Part shown: positions 7,728 to 16,634 of the stretch, piece after piece
Position numbering within the stretch: position 1 is the stretch's first letter
Layout: every line of letters starts with the position of its first letter
DNA from: Thermoplasmata archaeon
GTDB taxonomy: Archaea > Thermoplasmatota > Thermoplasmata > Thermoplasmatales > Thermoplasmataceae
Assembly: GCA_021826765.1 (NCBI GenBank)
Contig: JAKAYK010000001.1
Coordinates: 1-47,167, forward strand
Reading direction: 5' to 3'
Length of the DNA stretch: 47,167 nucleotides
Position numbers and translations under genes: made by a program
Notes under the pieces: model-generated
The model's database searches: none
Told to the model about the DNA's origin: nothing
The model's input: the letters and a program-made list of their open reading frames with translations, nothing else

Positions 7728-9416
7728 ATGTTGAATGCGATCCAGATTGAAGTTCTAGCAGTCTTCATAATTTCCACAGCTATTTTGCTCACAAATAAGG
7801 TAAGATATGATCTTGTTGGAATTGTTTCTGCCCTTTCCCTGATCCTTCTTGGTGTTATCTCCCCCACAGATGCGATCGTGACTTTTGCCTCACTGCCCGT
7901 ATTCCTCCTTGCAGTGGTCATGATAATAAGCAAGGCAATCTCCGACTCTGGAATAATGGAGAAATTCGGTGATTTCCTCACGAAGAAATTCAATAATGGT
8001 TACATGATCATTACAGTGCTTTTGCTTGTAACTGGAATAATGTCCGGTTTCATGAGCGATGTGGCCCTCACGCTGATGATGATACCTCTTGCATATTCAC
8101 TCGCAGACAAACTGAAGAAGTCTCCGTCCAAATACCTGATGCCATTTGCATTTATAGCTGTCATAGGAGGAAGGTATACTGTGGCAAGCACCTCCTCAAA
8201 CCTAATTCTTTACAGTCTTTGGTACCAGAACACCAACCCTCACACTTTTTTGCCCTATTTCACATTCTCTTACCCGGGGTTCATAATCCTTCTGTTGTCC
8301 GTACCGCTTATCATTTTTATTTCAATCATGATCCCTGACAGGAAGAAGGCTGAGGTTGATATTGAGAATTACAAGACAGGAGAATACCTTACAGAGGCAA
8401 AGATAGGCCCTGACAGTGAAGTAATAGGAAAGACTGTTGCTGAATTCGAAAAAATGTACAGCGTCCGGATTGTGGGCATATATCCCGGCAGGATAGGAAG
8501 AAAGGACAGAGTAATAGAATCGGGAGACATAATTATTGTGAGGTTGAAGCCTGAAAATGTCACTGCTATTTCAGCAATTAAGGGAGTGACAATCGCACCA
8601 TCAGAGGTGATTCAGGAAAGCACATCCCTCAATGAAATTTTTATTATGCCAAATTCCAGGCTTGTGGGGAGATCAATAATTGACCTGAAATATGCATCCA
8701 GGTTTAACCTTGCTGTACTGGGAATCTCTGCATATGGAAAGATAATCTCTGGCAGATTGAGAACAATTCTTCTCGAAGCAGGAGATGTGCTCCTGGTCTC
8801 TGGAAATGAAAAGGATATTGCCGAGTTCATAATAGAAAATGGTCTTGCTCCCCTGAGGAAAAGAGACATAAAAATCATAAAGTGGAAGAGTGGCCTCGTT
8901 GCTTTGGGAGCACTTGTTCTGGCTGTGATCCTATCCACTGCTGGAGTTAATATCCTTGTATCCTACGGCGTTGCGCTTGTCATCATTCTATCCACCAGAT
9001 CCTTAAATTTCAAGGATATGTATTCACGTGTAGAGTGGCCCATAGTAGTATTTGTTGGTTCATACCTCGTAGTGGGAGGAGCTGTAATATCTTCCGGTGT
9101 GTCAATATCGATAGATTACTGGATAGCAGGTTCTGTTGTGCTTCTTTTTATCATCACATTCCTCCTTGCAAATCTGATCGGAAACGTTGCATCCGCAATT
9201 ATCATGGGGCCCATTGCATTTTCGTTCAGCAATCCGCTGGTGGCCCTTACTGTCGTGGCAATGGCGGCGTCCAGCACTTTCCTTACTCCCTTTGGAAACC
9301 AGTCAAACCTCCTTGTACAATCCCCGGGAGGGTACAAGACAAAAGATTACATGATTTATGGATCTATATTGGTAGTGCTTGTCTTTGTAGTAACAATGAT
9401 TTATGCACTTGCCTAG
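7728..9416 (+). CDS. SLC13/CitMHS-like permease with two TrkA-C (RCK_C) domains
   Basis: Multi-TM N- and C-terminal halves with a soluble middle containing two RCK_C-like repeats; conserved FLTPFGNQSNLLVQSPGGYK-DY. ATG 7728 preferred over GTG 7692. Confidence 0.88.
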   Translation: MLNAIQIEVLAVFIISTAILLTNKVRYDLVGIVSALSLILLGVISPTDAIVTFASLPVFLLAVVMIISKAISDSGIMEKFGDFLTKKFNNGYMIITVLLLVTGIMSGFMSDVALTLMMIPLAYSLADKLKKSPSKYLMPFAFIAVIGGRYTVASTSSNLILYSLWYQNTNPHTFLPYFTFSYPGFIILLLSVPLIIFISIMIPDRKKAEVDIENYKTGEYLTEAKIGPDSEVIGKTVAEFEKMYSVRIVGIYPGRIGRKDRVIESGDIIIVRLKPENVTAISAIKGVTIAPSEVIQESTSLNEIFIMPNSRLVGRSIIDLKYASRFNLAVLGISAYGKIISGRLRTILLEAGDVLLVSGNEKDIAEFIIENGLAPLRKRDIKIIKWKSGLVALGALVLAVILSTAGVNILVSYGVALVIILSTRSLNFKDMYSRVEWPIVVFVGSYLVVGGAVISSGVSISIDYWIAGSVVLLFIITFLLANLIGNVASAIIMGPIAFSFSNPLVALTVVAMAASSTFLTPFGNQSNLLVQSPGGYKTKDYMIYGSILVVLVFVVTMIYALA

Positions 9417-10192
9417 TTTTCAGAAATAATTTTTACAATACCTTTCCTGTACATTTCCACTGCACTGAAAAGCATGTCAAGATGCTCTATGGAAGCAGCC
9501 TTAGGTATGGGATAGGCCCCAATTGAAATAGTGTAAATAAGGCTGTACTGGGCAGGATTCAGGCCTGACTTCCTAATGTTGTTCTGCATTCTTGAATTCT
9601 GGGGCATCCTGTTCTTGTTGAGTGGTGTATAGGCAACTACCATTATGTTATTCTCAAGGCAGAATTCCTTTATCTGGTTGAATGCTGAAACCTTTTCGAC
9701 ATTGACCTCTATCTGGTTTGCAAAGATCTGGCCCCCTGACAGTTCCCATGCTTCTTTCAGGAGATTTATGTCGTAATTGCTCACACCTATATTTTCTGTA
9801 TATCCCTCATCCTTGAGCCTGAGCAAGTCATTGATTAGCTTCCTGTGATCATATTTCTCATCAGGCCAGTGAAGCAGGTACAGGTCTACGTGATCCATAT
9901 TCAGTCTTTTCAGTGAATTCTTTATGGCATTCTCAAGGTTTCCAAAACTTGAAGGCCATGCCTTGGTAGTTATGAAGAATCTATTCCTATCCTCTCCCTG
10001 AAGTGCTTTCCCGAGAAGTTCTTCCGAATGCCCGGAGGCATACATTTCAGCAGTATCGAAAAAATTAACGCCTCTTGATATTGCATATCTTAAGGATTCT
10101 AAATTTTGAGCATCATGGGAGTAATCAGGTTCTCCTCTTCCACCAAGATTCCATGTTCCAATGCCGAACTCTGAAAATTCAGTCCTTTTCAT
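9413..10192 (-). CDS. Aldo/keto reductase
   Basis: GIGTW, FFDTAEMY, SEELLGKAL, TK, DLYLLHWP, IGVSN, PIPKA; ATG 10192 follows a GGAG Shine-Dalgarno. Confidence 0.93.
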   Translation of the reverse strand: MKRTEFSEFGIGTWNLGGRGEPDYSHDAQNLESLRYAISRGVNFFDTAEMYASGHSEELLGKALQGEDRNRFFITTKAWPSSFGNLENAIKNSLKRLNMDHVDLYLLHWPDEKYDHRKLINDLLRLKDEGYTENIGVSNYDINLLKEAWELSGGQIFANQIEVNVEKVSAFNQIKEFCLENNIMVVAYTPLNKNRMPQNSRMQNNIRKSGLNPAQYSLIYTISIGAYPIPKAASIEHLDMLFSAVEMYRKGIVKIISEN

Positions 10193-11252
10193 AGTTAACT
10201 CCAATCAGTTTTGCTATATTTTCCCCAATTTCTCCACACAGGGAAAGTTTTTCCTCTATAGCTTTTTTTCCATACTGACCAGATGATTCCTCTGAGTTTG
10301 CAACGGATTCCCTTAGTTCCTTGCTCTTCATCTGAAACATTTTCATAATGAATTCCTCAAAATCATTGTTCCTTAAAATGTCAACCTTGTTAGATGTAAG
10401 TTCAATGAGTTTGACCCGGTTATTCTCCATTTCCAGAAGCGAGCCGTATATCCTGTCAAGAGGTTCCTGTACTCTATCGACTTCCATCCTCTTGACAATT
10501 GCACTGTTGCCGGTTATATCAATGACTTTCTTTCCATCACTGTATTCCACTGTGATGAAGTGGGAAATATTTCCCTTAGACATCACAAATGTGATTTTTG
10601 CATCGTTTTCAGGACTTGAAAATATTGCAACAAGGCTGCCTTTGCTCACGCTTGCATTGCTTAAGTAATACCTGTCAATTTTTTCATAATCCTGATCAGA
10701 ATCGAATGCTGTCTCAGATATTGGTATTCGCATGTTCTTCTCCAGATGGCCAAATCTGAGAACATCTGAGAAAATTTCCTGATTCTTTGAGTCAAGTACG
10801 AATGTATATTCAACTTCGTTTTCTCCCACATACCGGGATGTGACCCTGTATCCTGTTTCCGTATATTTTACAGTGATTGTTATGTCAAGATCAGAAATAA
10901 TATTCATCGACAGAAAAGCCTGTATATTTGCAATGGAGTTTGTTCTTTCAACTTCCATCCTGTTCTTCAGGTCAAATATCCTGTTCTCATTTTCTATTTT
11001 GATGATGCTTCTGACGTTTCCCAAGTTCTTGCTTACAGATTCCATAATATTCTTTTCAGCATCATCCACCGAATGGTGCCATTCCTGTTTCTTGAATGAT
11101 GTGAAGAGATCATTGAATTTGCCTGTGAGATTATTGGCCCTCTCCATGGATTTCTTCTCTGATGCTTTTATTTTTTCAATTTCCTCTTCGTTTTTCCTAT
11201 ATTCCTTGATGCTTACCAGTGAATTCAATAGGTGCTGTATGTAACCACGCAA
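10179..11252 (-). CDS. Hypothetical protein with N-terminal coiled coil
   Basis: 357-aa ORF with genome-typical composition, overlapping the AKR start; frame stays open to 11288, so the start is uncertain. Confidence 0.75.
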   Translation of the reverse strand: MRGYIQHLLNSLVSIKEYRKNEEEIEKIKASEKKSMERANNLTGKFNDLFTSFKKQEWHHSVDDAEKNIMESVSKNLGNVRSIIKIENENRIFDLKNRMEVERTNSIANIQAFLSMNIISDLDITITVKYTETGYRVTSRYVGENEVEYTFVLDSKNQEIFSDVLRFGHLEKNMRIPISETAFDSDQDYEKIDRYYLSNASVSKGSLVAIFSSPENDAKITFVMSKGNISHFITVEYSDGKKVIDITGNSAIVKRMEVDRVQEPLDRIYGSLLEMENNRVKLIELTSNKVDILRNNDFEEFIMKMFQMKSKELRESVANSEESSGQYGKKAIEEKLSLCGEIGENIAKLIGVNYEKD

Positions 11253-11489
11253 TAATTTGTCCTGTGAAATGATTTTGTTGCTCTCTATTTATATCCCCAT
11301 TACATGATAACAATTTTCTTTTTAAACCTTTCAATTATTAATGACCTGTTTATCAAATCTTCCCGGTGCCCGCACAAAATGCAATAATTTTCTTATTTTC
11401 CCTTAATCGTCCCTATGTTCGCAGCCTTTACCTCTTTCAACGCTGTTCATTTTTTCCGATTCAAGATCCACTACCTGACAATTCAATAT

Positions 11490-12089
11490 TCATGAAATTG
11501 ACTCTCTCAGGCTATGGACAATGGTTTCTGGATCGGCAGATGAAAAAATTGCAGAACTCACTGCGATTCCATCATACCCCAGATTCCTGAAAATGTGTGC
11601 GTTTTCAGTATTTATTCCTCCTATGGCAAGGATAGGGATATTCATTCTTCCCCTGACCAGATTTATGATTTCAGGTGTGCATAGCCCATAATCTTTCTTT
11701 GTTTCGGTGTGGAACATTGAGCCAAAGGCCACATAGTCGCATCCCTGATATTGTAGCTCCATTGCAAGCCCTGGATTGCAGTACGCTGAGCCGCCGATAT
11801 GAAGATTTTTATATTTTTTCCTGATCATTCCCACGGGCATATCATCCTTTCCGACATGAACCCCATAAGCCCCAACCCTGAAAGCCACATCAGCACGATC
11901 ATCCACATAAAACTGTGTCCCTGCTTCCTTGCACATTCGATTGAGCTTTGCTGCAACCCTTTCTGCGATCATATTGTCCGCTTCTTTCTCCCTGTACTGC
12001 AACATATCAATCCCACCCTTCAGTGCAGATTGAACCTTATCAAAAATTGATTCGCCCCTGAATCCTGGTGTGATTGCACAGATAATCAT
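11490..12089 (-). CDS. thiE: Thiamine-phosphate synthase
   Basis: LQYREK, VDDRADVA, GVHVGKDD, DYVAFGSMFHTETK, AIGGI, GIAVSSAI; ATGA coupling to the upstream gene places the start at 12089. Confidence 0.93.
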   Translation of the reverse strand: MIICAITPGFRGESIFDKVQSALKGGIDMLQYREKEADNMIAERVAAKLNRMCKEAGTQFYVDDRADVAFRVGAYGVHVGKDDMPVGMIRKKYKNLHIGGSAYCNPGLAMELQYQGCDYVAFGSMFHTETKKDYGLCTPEIINLVRGRMNIPILAIGGINTENAHIFRNLGYDGIAVSSAIFSSADPETIVHSLRESIS

Positions 12090-13066
12090 TGTTTCAATGC
12101 CCCCCAGTAAGGATCTTTCCATTCCTTACCAATTGCTTTTCCATCGATTATTACAGAATTGCTCTCCGCTTTTCCAACTCTGCCAACTATGGCAGAAGGA
12201 ATGTTTTTACCCTGCAATGATGCAACTATCTCTTCAGCTGCCTCCTTTTGCACTCCCATGAGAATGCATCCTTCGCTGGTGACAGACCATGGGTCAAGAG
12301 AGAGTGCTGAAAGATATGCCGTTACATGCTCATTTTCAGGTATTTTCTGAGATTCTATATTCAGGTTGTGGGATGAGGCAAGTGCTATTTCGTTCAATGC
12401 ACCATAGAGGCCCCCCTCCGTCACATCATGCATAAATTCTATTTCGTTGTGACTGAAATTATCCATGAGGAATTTCATATGATTAGTAACGAGTAACATA
12501 TCCCTTTGAGAAATCAGTTTTCTTGCAGTATTCACCATACCCGGCAAACCCATGTTATAATGGCTCAGGATCACAGCTGCCTGAATGCCGGGATAACCCA
12601 TGATAATGAGGCTGTCCCCCTCTTTCACGTTGCTGTATGAATATACCATTCTATGGGCCCTTCCACCCATAGTGACAGAACCGATCAGAGGAAGGGAGGC
12701 AGATGAATACCTTCCAGTGTGCCCGGTAACGATGTCAATATCCCATCTGTAACATTGATCAGTGAAGGTCTTCCAGTACAATTCAATTTCAAGATCTGGT
12801 ACATCTGTGGGAAACAGGAGGGTCGCTGTGAGAAACTCAGGCAGGTTTCCTGAAGTCAGAAAATCCGTGAGAATCACGTTAAACCCGAATTTTGAGCCGA
12901 ATTCTGTTCCAAGGGGCCTGTGATAAGAAAGTGGGTCTGTCGTGAGAATAAGATCATTTCCATATATGCCAAAATCTACCCCTATGGATGGGCTGACTGA
13001 TGAGTTCCTGTTTTTAATGTGCTTCAGGATTATTTCCTCAAGTTTTGAAGGTGATAGCTTCCCCAC
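12086..13066 (-). CDS. AIR-synthase-related (PurM/ThiL/HypE superfamily) ATP-dependent enzyme
   Basis: GKL N-terminus, G-D, TTDP, IVTGHT, GD-LII, MHDVTEGGL; probable GTG start at 13066 just after the MFS stop. Confidence 0.85.
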   Translation of the reverse strand: MGKLSPSKLEEIILKHIKNRNSSVSPSIGVDFGIYGNDLILTTDPLSYHRPLGTEFGSKFGFNVILTDFLTSGNLPEFLTATLLFPTDVPDLEIELYWKTFTDQCYRWDIDIVTGHTGRYSSASLPLIGSVTMGGRAHRMVYSYSNVKEGDSLIIMGYPGIQAAVILSHYNMGLPGMVNTARKLISQRDMLLVTNHMKFLMDNFSHNEIEFMHDVTEGGLYGALNEIALASSHNLNIESQKIPENEHVTAYLSALSLDPWSVTSEGCILMGVQKEAAEEIVASLQGKNIPSAIVGRVGKAESNSVIIDGKAIGKEWKDPYWGALKQ

Positions 13067-13067
13067 A

Positions 13068-14312
13068 TCATAGAATGGCTTTTGTTCCAGTTTCAACACC
13101 CCATAGATACCATGATATTGCTCCTATAGCCCCAAATATTTCCACTGCAGCGAGAAGCATGAAATAGAATTCCATGCTGTTGTTCACAAAGGTTGTAAGG
13201 ATGTAAATTATAATAAGTATTCCATAGGCGAATGCTCTGACATTCCCTATCCCTGTTCCTCTCTTCATTGTGTGATTCAATTCGACCTGAAGAACTTCCC
13301 TTGACCCCCATCCTATCTCTGAGAGAAATGCTCTTGCAATCAGTATCCAGATGAGTATGTTCAGGGGCAGTGTGTCAAAACCAGATATGACTGCAAGAAA
13401 TATCAGGAGAGCAGCCATCAAAGGAAATGATATGACAGGGAGTATTCTATGTGGAATTTTCTTCACATAGAGTGAAAGGGCAAATCCTGACACTGTCCCG
13501 GCAAATGTTGTCAGCACAGCGAAGTAAAAGGGTTGGTTTGCATAGACGCTTCCAAAATATATGTTCAGTAGGAAAAATCCCGTGACAATGGTTGTGGAAG
13601 TGGATATCTGCTCAAATACTGCAAGCCTTTTAATTTTCCTGCCGGAGTAATTCCACAATTCTTCCGTGGCATCAGCGCTGTATTCATCACTTCTTCCAGA
13701 CATTTCAGTCCACATAGGACTCTCAACAGATAGCCATCTGGACACAAGGACTATTGCAAGCACAATAGTGGTTATAGAAAAAATAAAAATTTTAGAAGCC
13801 TGTATGTCGAGACCATAAAATAATTCCACGAATGCTGTCACGAATACGCCAAAATTGGCCATGTTGGTTATGAACACGATATACTGGCTTCTCCTTGCAA
13901 ATGAAACACTCTCTCCAACATATGCAAGTATAACTGTTTCGTCTCCACCCAATGCAAAATTTGCAATGAATACGGAGATGAAGAGCTCATAGAAGTTAAA
14001 GGATGCTATGGCTCCATACAGCCCAACAGCAGACAGGAATACCGTCAGTATGAATATCCTCTTCCTTCCATACCTGTCAGAAAACCTCCCCATTACTACG
14101 TTCCCCATGAAAAGTCCAGATGCAGCGACAAGTTTGTATCCATATCCATAGGGGCCAGAGTTTACCCATCCATAGACACTTGATGCAAGAAAAAGAATTA
14201 TTCCCCAGAGAAAAAGCGATGAAGCAGTTGCAACAAATGCAGTCAGATTGAGTCCTTTCTTATTCTCTTCAAGTTTGCTGACAGTATCAACATATTTGTG
14301 TTTTCCGTACAT
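13068..14312 (-). CDS. MFS transporter, probably for thiamine or a thiamine precursor
   Basis: MFS motif A GRFSDRYGRKR, about 12 TMs, C-terminal GVET-K; directly downstream of a TPP riboswitch; ATG 14312 follows GGAGG. Confidence 0.88.
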   Translation of the reverse strand: MYGKHKYVDTVSKLEENKKGLNLTAFVATASSLFLWGIILFLASSVYGWVNSGPYGYGYKLVAASGLFMGNVVMGRFSDRYGRKRIFILTVFLSAVGLYGAIASFNFYELFISVFIANFALGGDETVILAYVGESVSFARRSQYIVFITNMANFGVFVTAFVELFYGLDIQASKIFIFSITTIVLAIVLVSRWLSVESPMWTEMSGRSDEYSADATEELWNYSGRKIKRLAVFEQISTSTTIVTGFFLLNIYFGSVYANQPFYFAVLTTFAGTVSGFALSLYVKKIPHRILPVISFPLMAALLIFLAVISGFDTLPLNILIWILIARAFLSEIGWGSREVLQVELNHTMKRGTGIGNVRAFAYGILIIIYILTTFVNNSMEFYFMLLAAVEIFGAIGAISWYLWGVETGTKAIL

Positions 14313-14313
14313 A

Positions 14314-14392
14314 TTTCCCTCCGCCGGCATTATCCGGATCAGGTTCAAAGGGTCGACCTGGTGATCCTCTCAGCCTTTACAGCTCCCCTTCT
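14314..14392 (-). ncRNA. TPP riboswitch (THI element)
   Basis: Minus strand reads GGGGAGCTGTAAAGGCTGAGAGGATCACCAGGTCGACCCTTTGAACCTGATCCGGATAATGCCGGCGGAGGGAA, with conserved GCUGAGA, ACCC, ACCUGA, GxUAAU loop, CCGG/CCGG P5 stem and GCG-AGGGA. Confidence 0.95.
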
Positions 14393-14410
14393 CACTGAAA
14401 TGCCTATTTT

Positions 14411-14425
14411 GTATTTATACATACT
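14411..14425 (-). promoter_or_regulatory. TATA-box promoter of the thiamine operon
   Basis: GTATAAATA on the minus strand about 25 nt upstream of the riboswitch 5' end. Confidence 0.55.
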
Positions 14426-14453
14426 TCGTTTTTCAGGATACTTGTGGGAATGA

Positions 14454-15143
14454 TCATGATGGAACCAGCGTGTAAAAGAAAGAAGGCGGAAATGGTGGTG
14501 AGAATAAACCAAGAAGTATTAATGACATCTGAAGAGTCATTGCTGGGTATATGCTATTGGTCAGCACATACAGTCCAATGTAGATTATCCCGATTGCAAA
14601 TGCGTCAAGCATGAAGTATAGATCGTAAGGATAAGGATAACCGGAATATGCATTTATCAGGTACATGTAATAATACAGTGAATAGAAAATTGCGGAAACA
14701 ATTATCGCTGTTCCCTTTTTCATGAAAAGCTTACCAATTCCCACCCCGATAGAAGAAAAATTGTAAAGTTCCACGAAACAGGGAAAATACAGTATCTGGA
14801 ACATGTATATCATATCGGTGTTTGGGGCAAATGTAGAATATGCACTGTGATAACTGTTGAATATGAACACCCAGACAATTGCAACGCTGACCAGCACCAC
14901 GAACCATATGGGTGACAGGAGAGATTTTAATGGATCGCCCATTCCTTTGTAGTAAAGTGAAAAAATCAGGATTTCCGCAAAGGGCAATACATACTGGATA
15001 TATTGCATCTGAACAGAAATATCAGTATACCTGTTCTCGAGATAGTTCAGAGCAATGAATGAGAATTGGAAGAGCAGATAGATCATTAAAATCAGATATC
15101 TTGCATTTCTTGTTTCATCATACCTGATTCTTTTAAACTGCAT
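14454..15143 (-). CDS. Multi-pass membrane protein, degenerate CPBP (Abi/CAAX protease)-like
   Basis: About 7 TMs; FPCFVEL, AIIVSAIFYSL-Y and LY-LTNSIYPAM-LQ follow CPBP motif spacing but lack the EE and His residues; GGGGGTGA SD before ATG 15143. Confidence 0.6.
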   Translation of the reverse strand: MQFKRIRYDETRNARYLILMIYLLFQFSFIALNYLENRYTDISVQMQYIQYVLPFAEILIFSLYYKGMGDPLKSLLSPIWFVVLVSVAIVWVFIFNSYHSAYSTFAPNTDMIYMFQILYFPCFVELYNFSSIGVGIGKLFMKKGTAIIVSAIFYSLYYYMYLINAYSGYPYPYDLYFMLDAFAIGIIYIGLYVLTNSIYPAMTLQMSLILLGLFSPPFPPSFFYTLVPS

Positions 15144-15152
15144 CTTCACCCC

Positions 15153-16022
15153 CTACATGGAAGATAAAATTACAATAATAAGGGCAAGCGTAAGAAATAT
15201 GTTGGAAAATGAAAAAAGTTTCCGGTATTCCTTCTCTGCACCATTCCTTACATAATAAATCACAGAAGGCACAAGAAGAATAAGACCAAGAGGTATTGCA
15301 AATATCCTGAAATATAATCCAGACACCATCCATGTGAAAAATACAGGAAGACTCATGAATATGGCTAGGATGATCGAATTTGCCAGTATAGCCTTTCTAG
15401 TAGCAGGTATCCCCTTTGTTGCAGGTAACATTGGTATGTTTGCTTCCCTGTAATCCTCCCTGTATTTAATGGCTAGTGCCCAGAAATGTGTTGGAGTCCA
15501 GAGAAATACCATAATTGCAACATATATTGATGGTATAGATGGATACCCATAGAATGCGGAAGAGCCAGCAAGTGCAGGAAAAGAGCCTGCTATTCCACCA
15601 ATGACAATGTTCCACTCAGTTCTTCTTTTCAACAGGACAGTGTAAAGAAACGCGTAACTGACAAAACCTGCCATTATGAACAGGAACGTGACAATATTGA
15701 GGAATAACAGTGAAGTCGTTACCGAAATAGCTAGAAGAATGCCCATCAGAAGTATGTATCTTCCCCTGTTCTGTTTGATATCCGTTCTCCTCTTTGAAAC
15801 CCTTTTCATTCTTGAATCTATATCTGTGTCGTAAAGATTGTTGAAAACTCCGGAACTCATAGATGCTGATGTTCCGGCAACCAATAAGGGGATTAGAGTG
15901 TAGAGATGTGTTAGTGGAAGAGCCATAGTGAAGAAACCTGCAATGGCGACGAGATCTATCAGAAAAGTTATCTCCAGCTTAAAAATATTATTTAAATAAG
16001 AAAAATTTGATGTTTTTTCCAA
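15153..16022 (-). CDS. cyoE: Protoheme IX farnesyltransferase (heme o synthase)
   Basis: NNLYDTDIDSRMKR, YTVLLKRRTEWNIVIGGIAG, WTPTHFWALA, DY--ANIPMLP. Confidence 0.95.
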   Translation of the reverse strand: MEKTSNFSYLNNIFKLEITFLIDLVAIAGFFTMALPLTHLYTLIPLLVAGTSASMSSGVFNNLYDTDIDSRMKRVSKRRTDIKQNRGRYILLMGILLAISVTTSLLFLNIVTFLFIMAGFVSYAFLYTVLLKRRTEWNIVIGGIAGSFPALAGSSAFYGYPSIPSIYVAIMVFLWTPTHFWALAIKYREDYREANIPMLPATKGIPATRKAILANSIILAIFMSLPVFFTWMVSGLYFRIFAIPLGLILLVPSVIYYVRNGAEKEYRKLFSFSNIFLTLALIIVILSSM

Positions 16023-16023
16023 C

Positions 16024-16632
16024 TCAGAACACCATATACGTCATGGCCTTTATGGATCCCAGAATCTGAGAAAGATCTGAATATACCAGTATAGATAGGT
16101 CATGAGCAGATTCGAATGAATGTATCATAACATTTGAAGTGCTGGAAACTGTTGCAGCAGTCGTGTTATTGCCTGCAGTGCTGTTAATCTCGATCTGGCC
16201 CACCATTGTTGTGGGATGAATTACGCACCAGTACGTGTATATGCCCGCCTTGAAGAATTCATATGATACCTTTGAAACATGTCCAGGAGATTGAGTGATC
16301 TGACCGGTGCTTAGAAGCGTCAGGGACGAAGCTGTTTCTGTTGGCCCCTGATTGATCGTGAGTGTGTGCGGAAGATTGTCTTCTTCAATGACAGTGAAAT
16401 TTATGACATAATACAATGGAAAATAGAGATTCGGGTTGATAGCCCCATGTGAGTAATTCCATCCTCCTGCATCAGCATAGAGAGTAATATTCATATATCC
16501 TTTAACTGGCAAATTTGAGGGATCTGCAAGACCTCCGCCGCTCTGGGTGGGCGCATCGAACATAAAGACGAGCATAAGACCCGAAAGCAGCATAATTAAC
16601 ACTCCTAAGACGATTCCTGTTTTTCCTATCAT
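16024..16632 (-). CDS. Membrane-anchored type-1 blue copper protein (sulfocyanin/rusticyanin-like cupredoxin)
   Basis: N-terminal TM helix; ligand set LPH ... GIYTYWCVIHPTTM (His, Cys, His, Met). Confidence 0.85.
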   Translation of the reverse strand: MIGKTGIVLGVLIMLLSGLMLVFMFDAPTQSGGGLADPSNLPVKGYMNITLYADAGGWNYSHGAINPNLYFPLYYVINFTVIEEDNLPHTLTINQGPTETASSLTLLSTGQITQSPGHVSKVSYEFFKAGIYTYWCVIHPTTMVGQIEINSTAGNNTTAATVSSTSNVMIHSFESAHDLSILVYSDLSQILGSIKAMTYMVF

Positions 16633-16634
16633 TT

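Noticed and set aside
14313-14348. N-terminal extension MNLIRIMPAEGN of the MFS ORF
   Set aside because: It is a translation of the riboswitch sequence; the true start is ATG 14312 after GGAGG.
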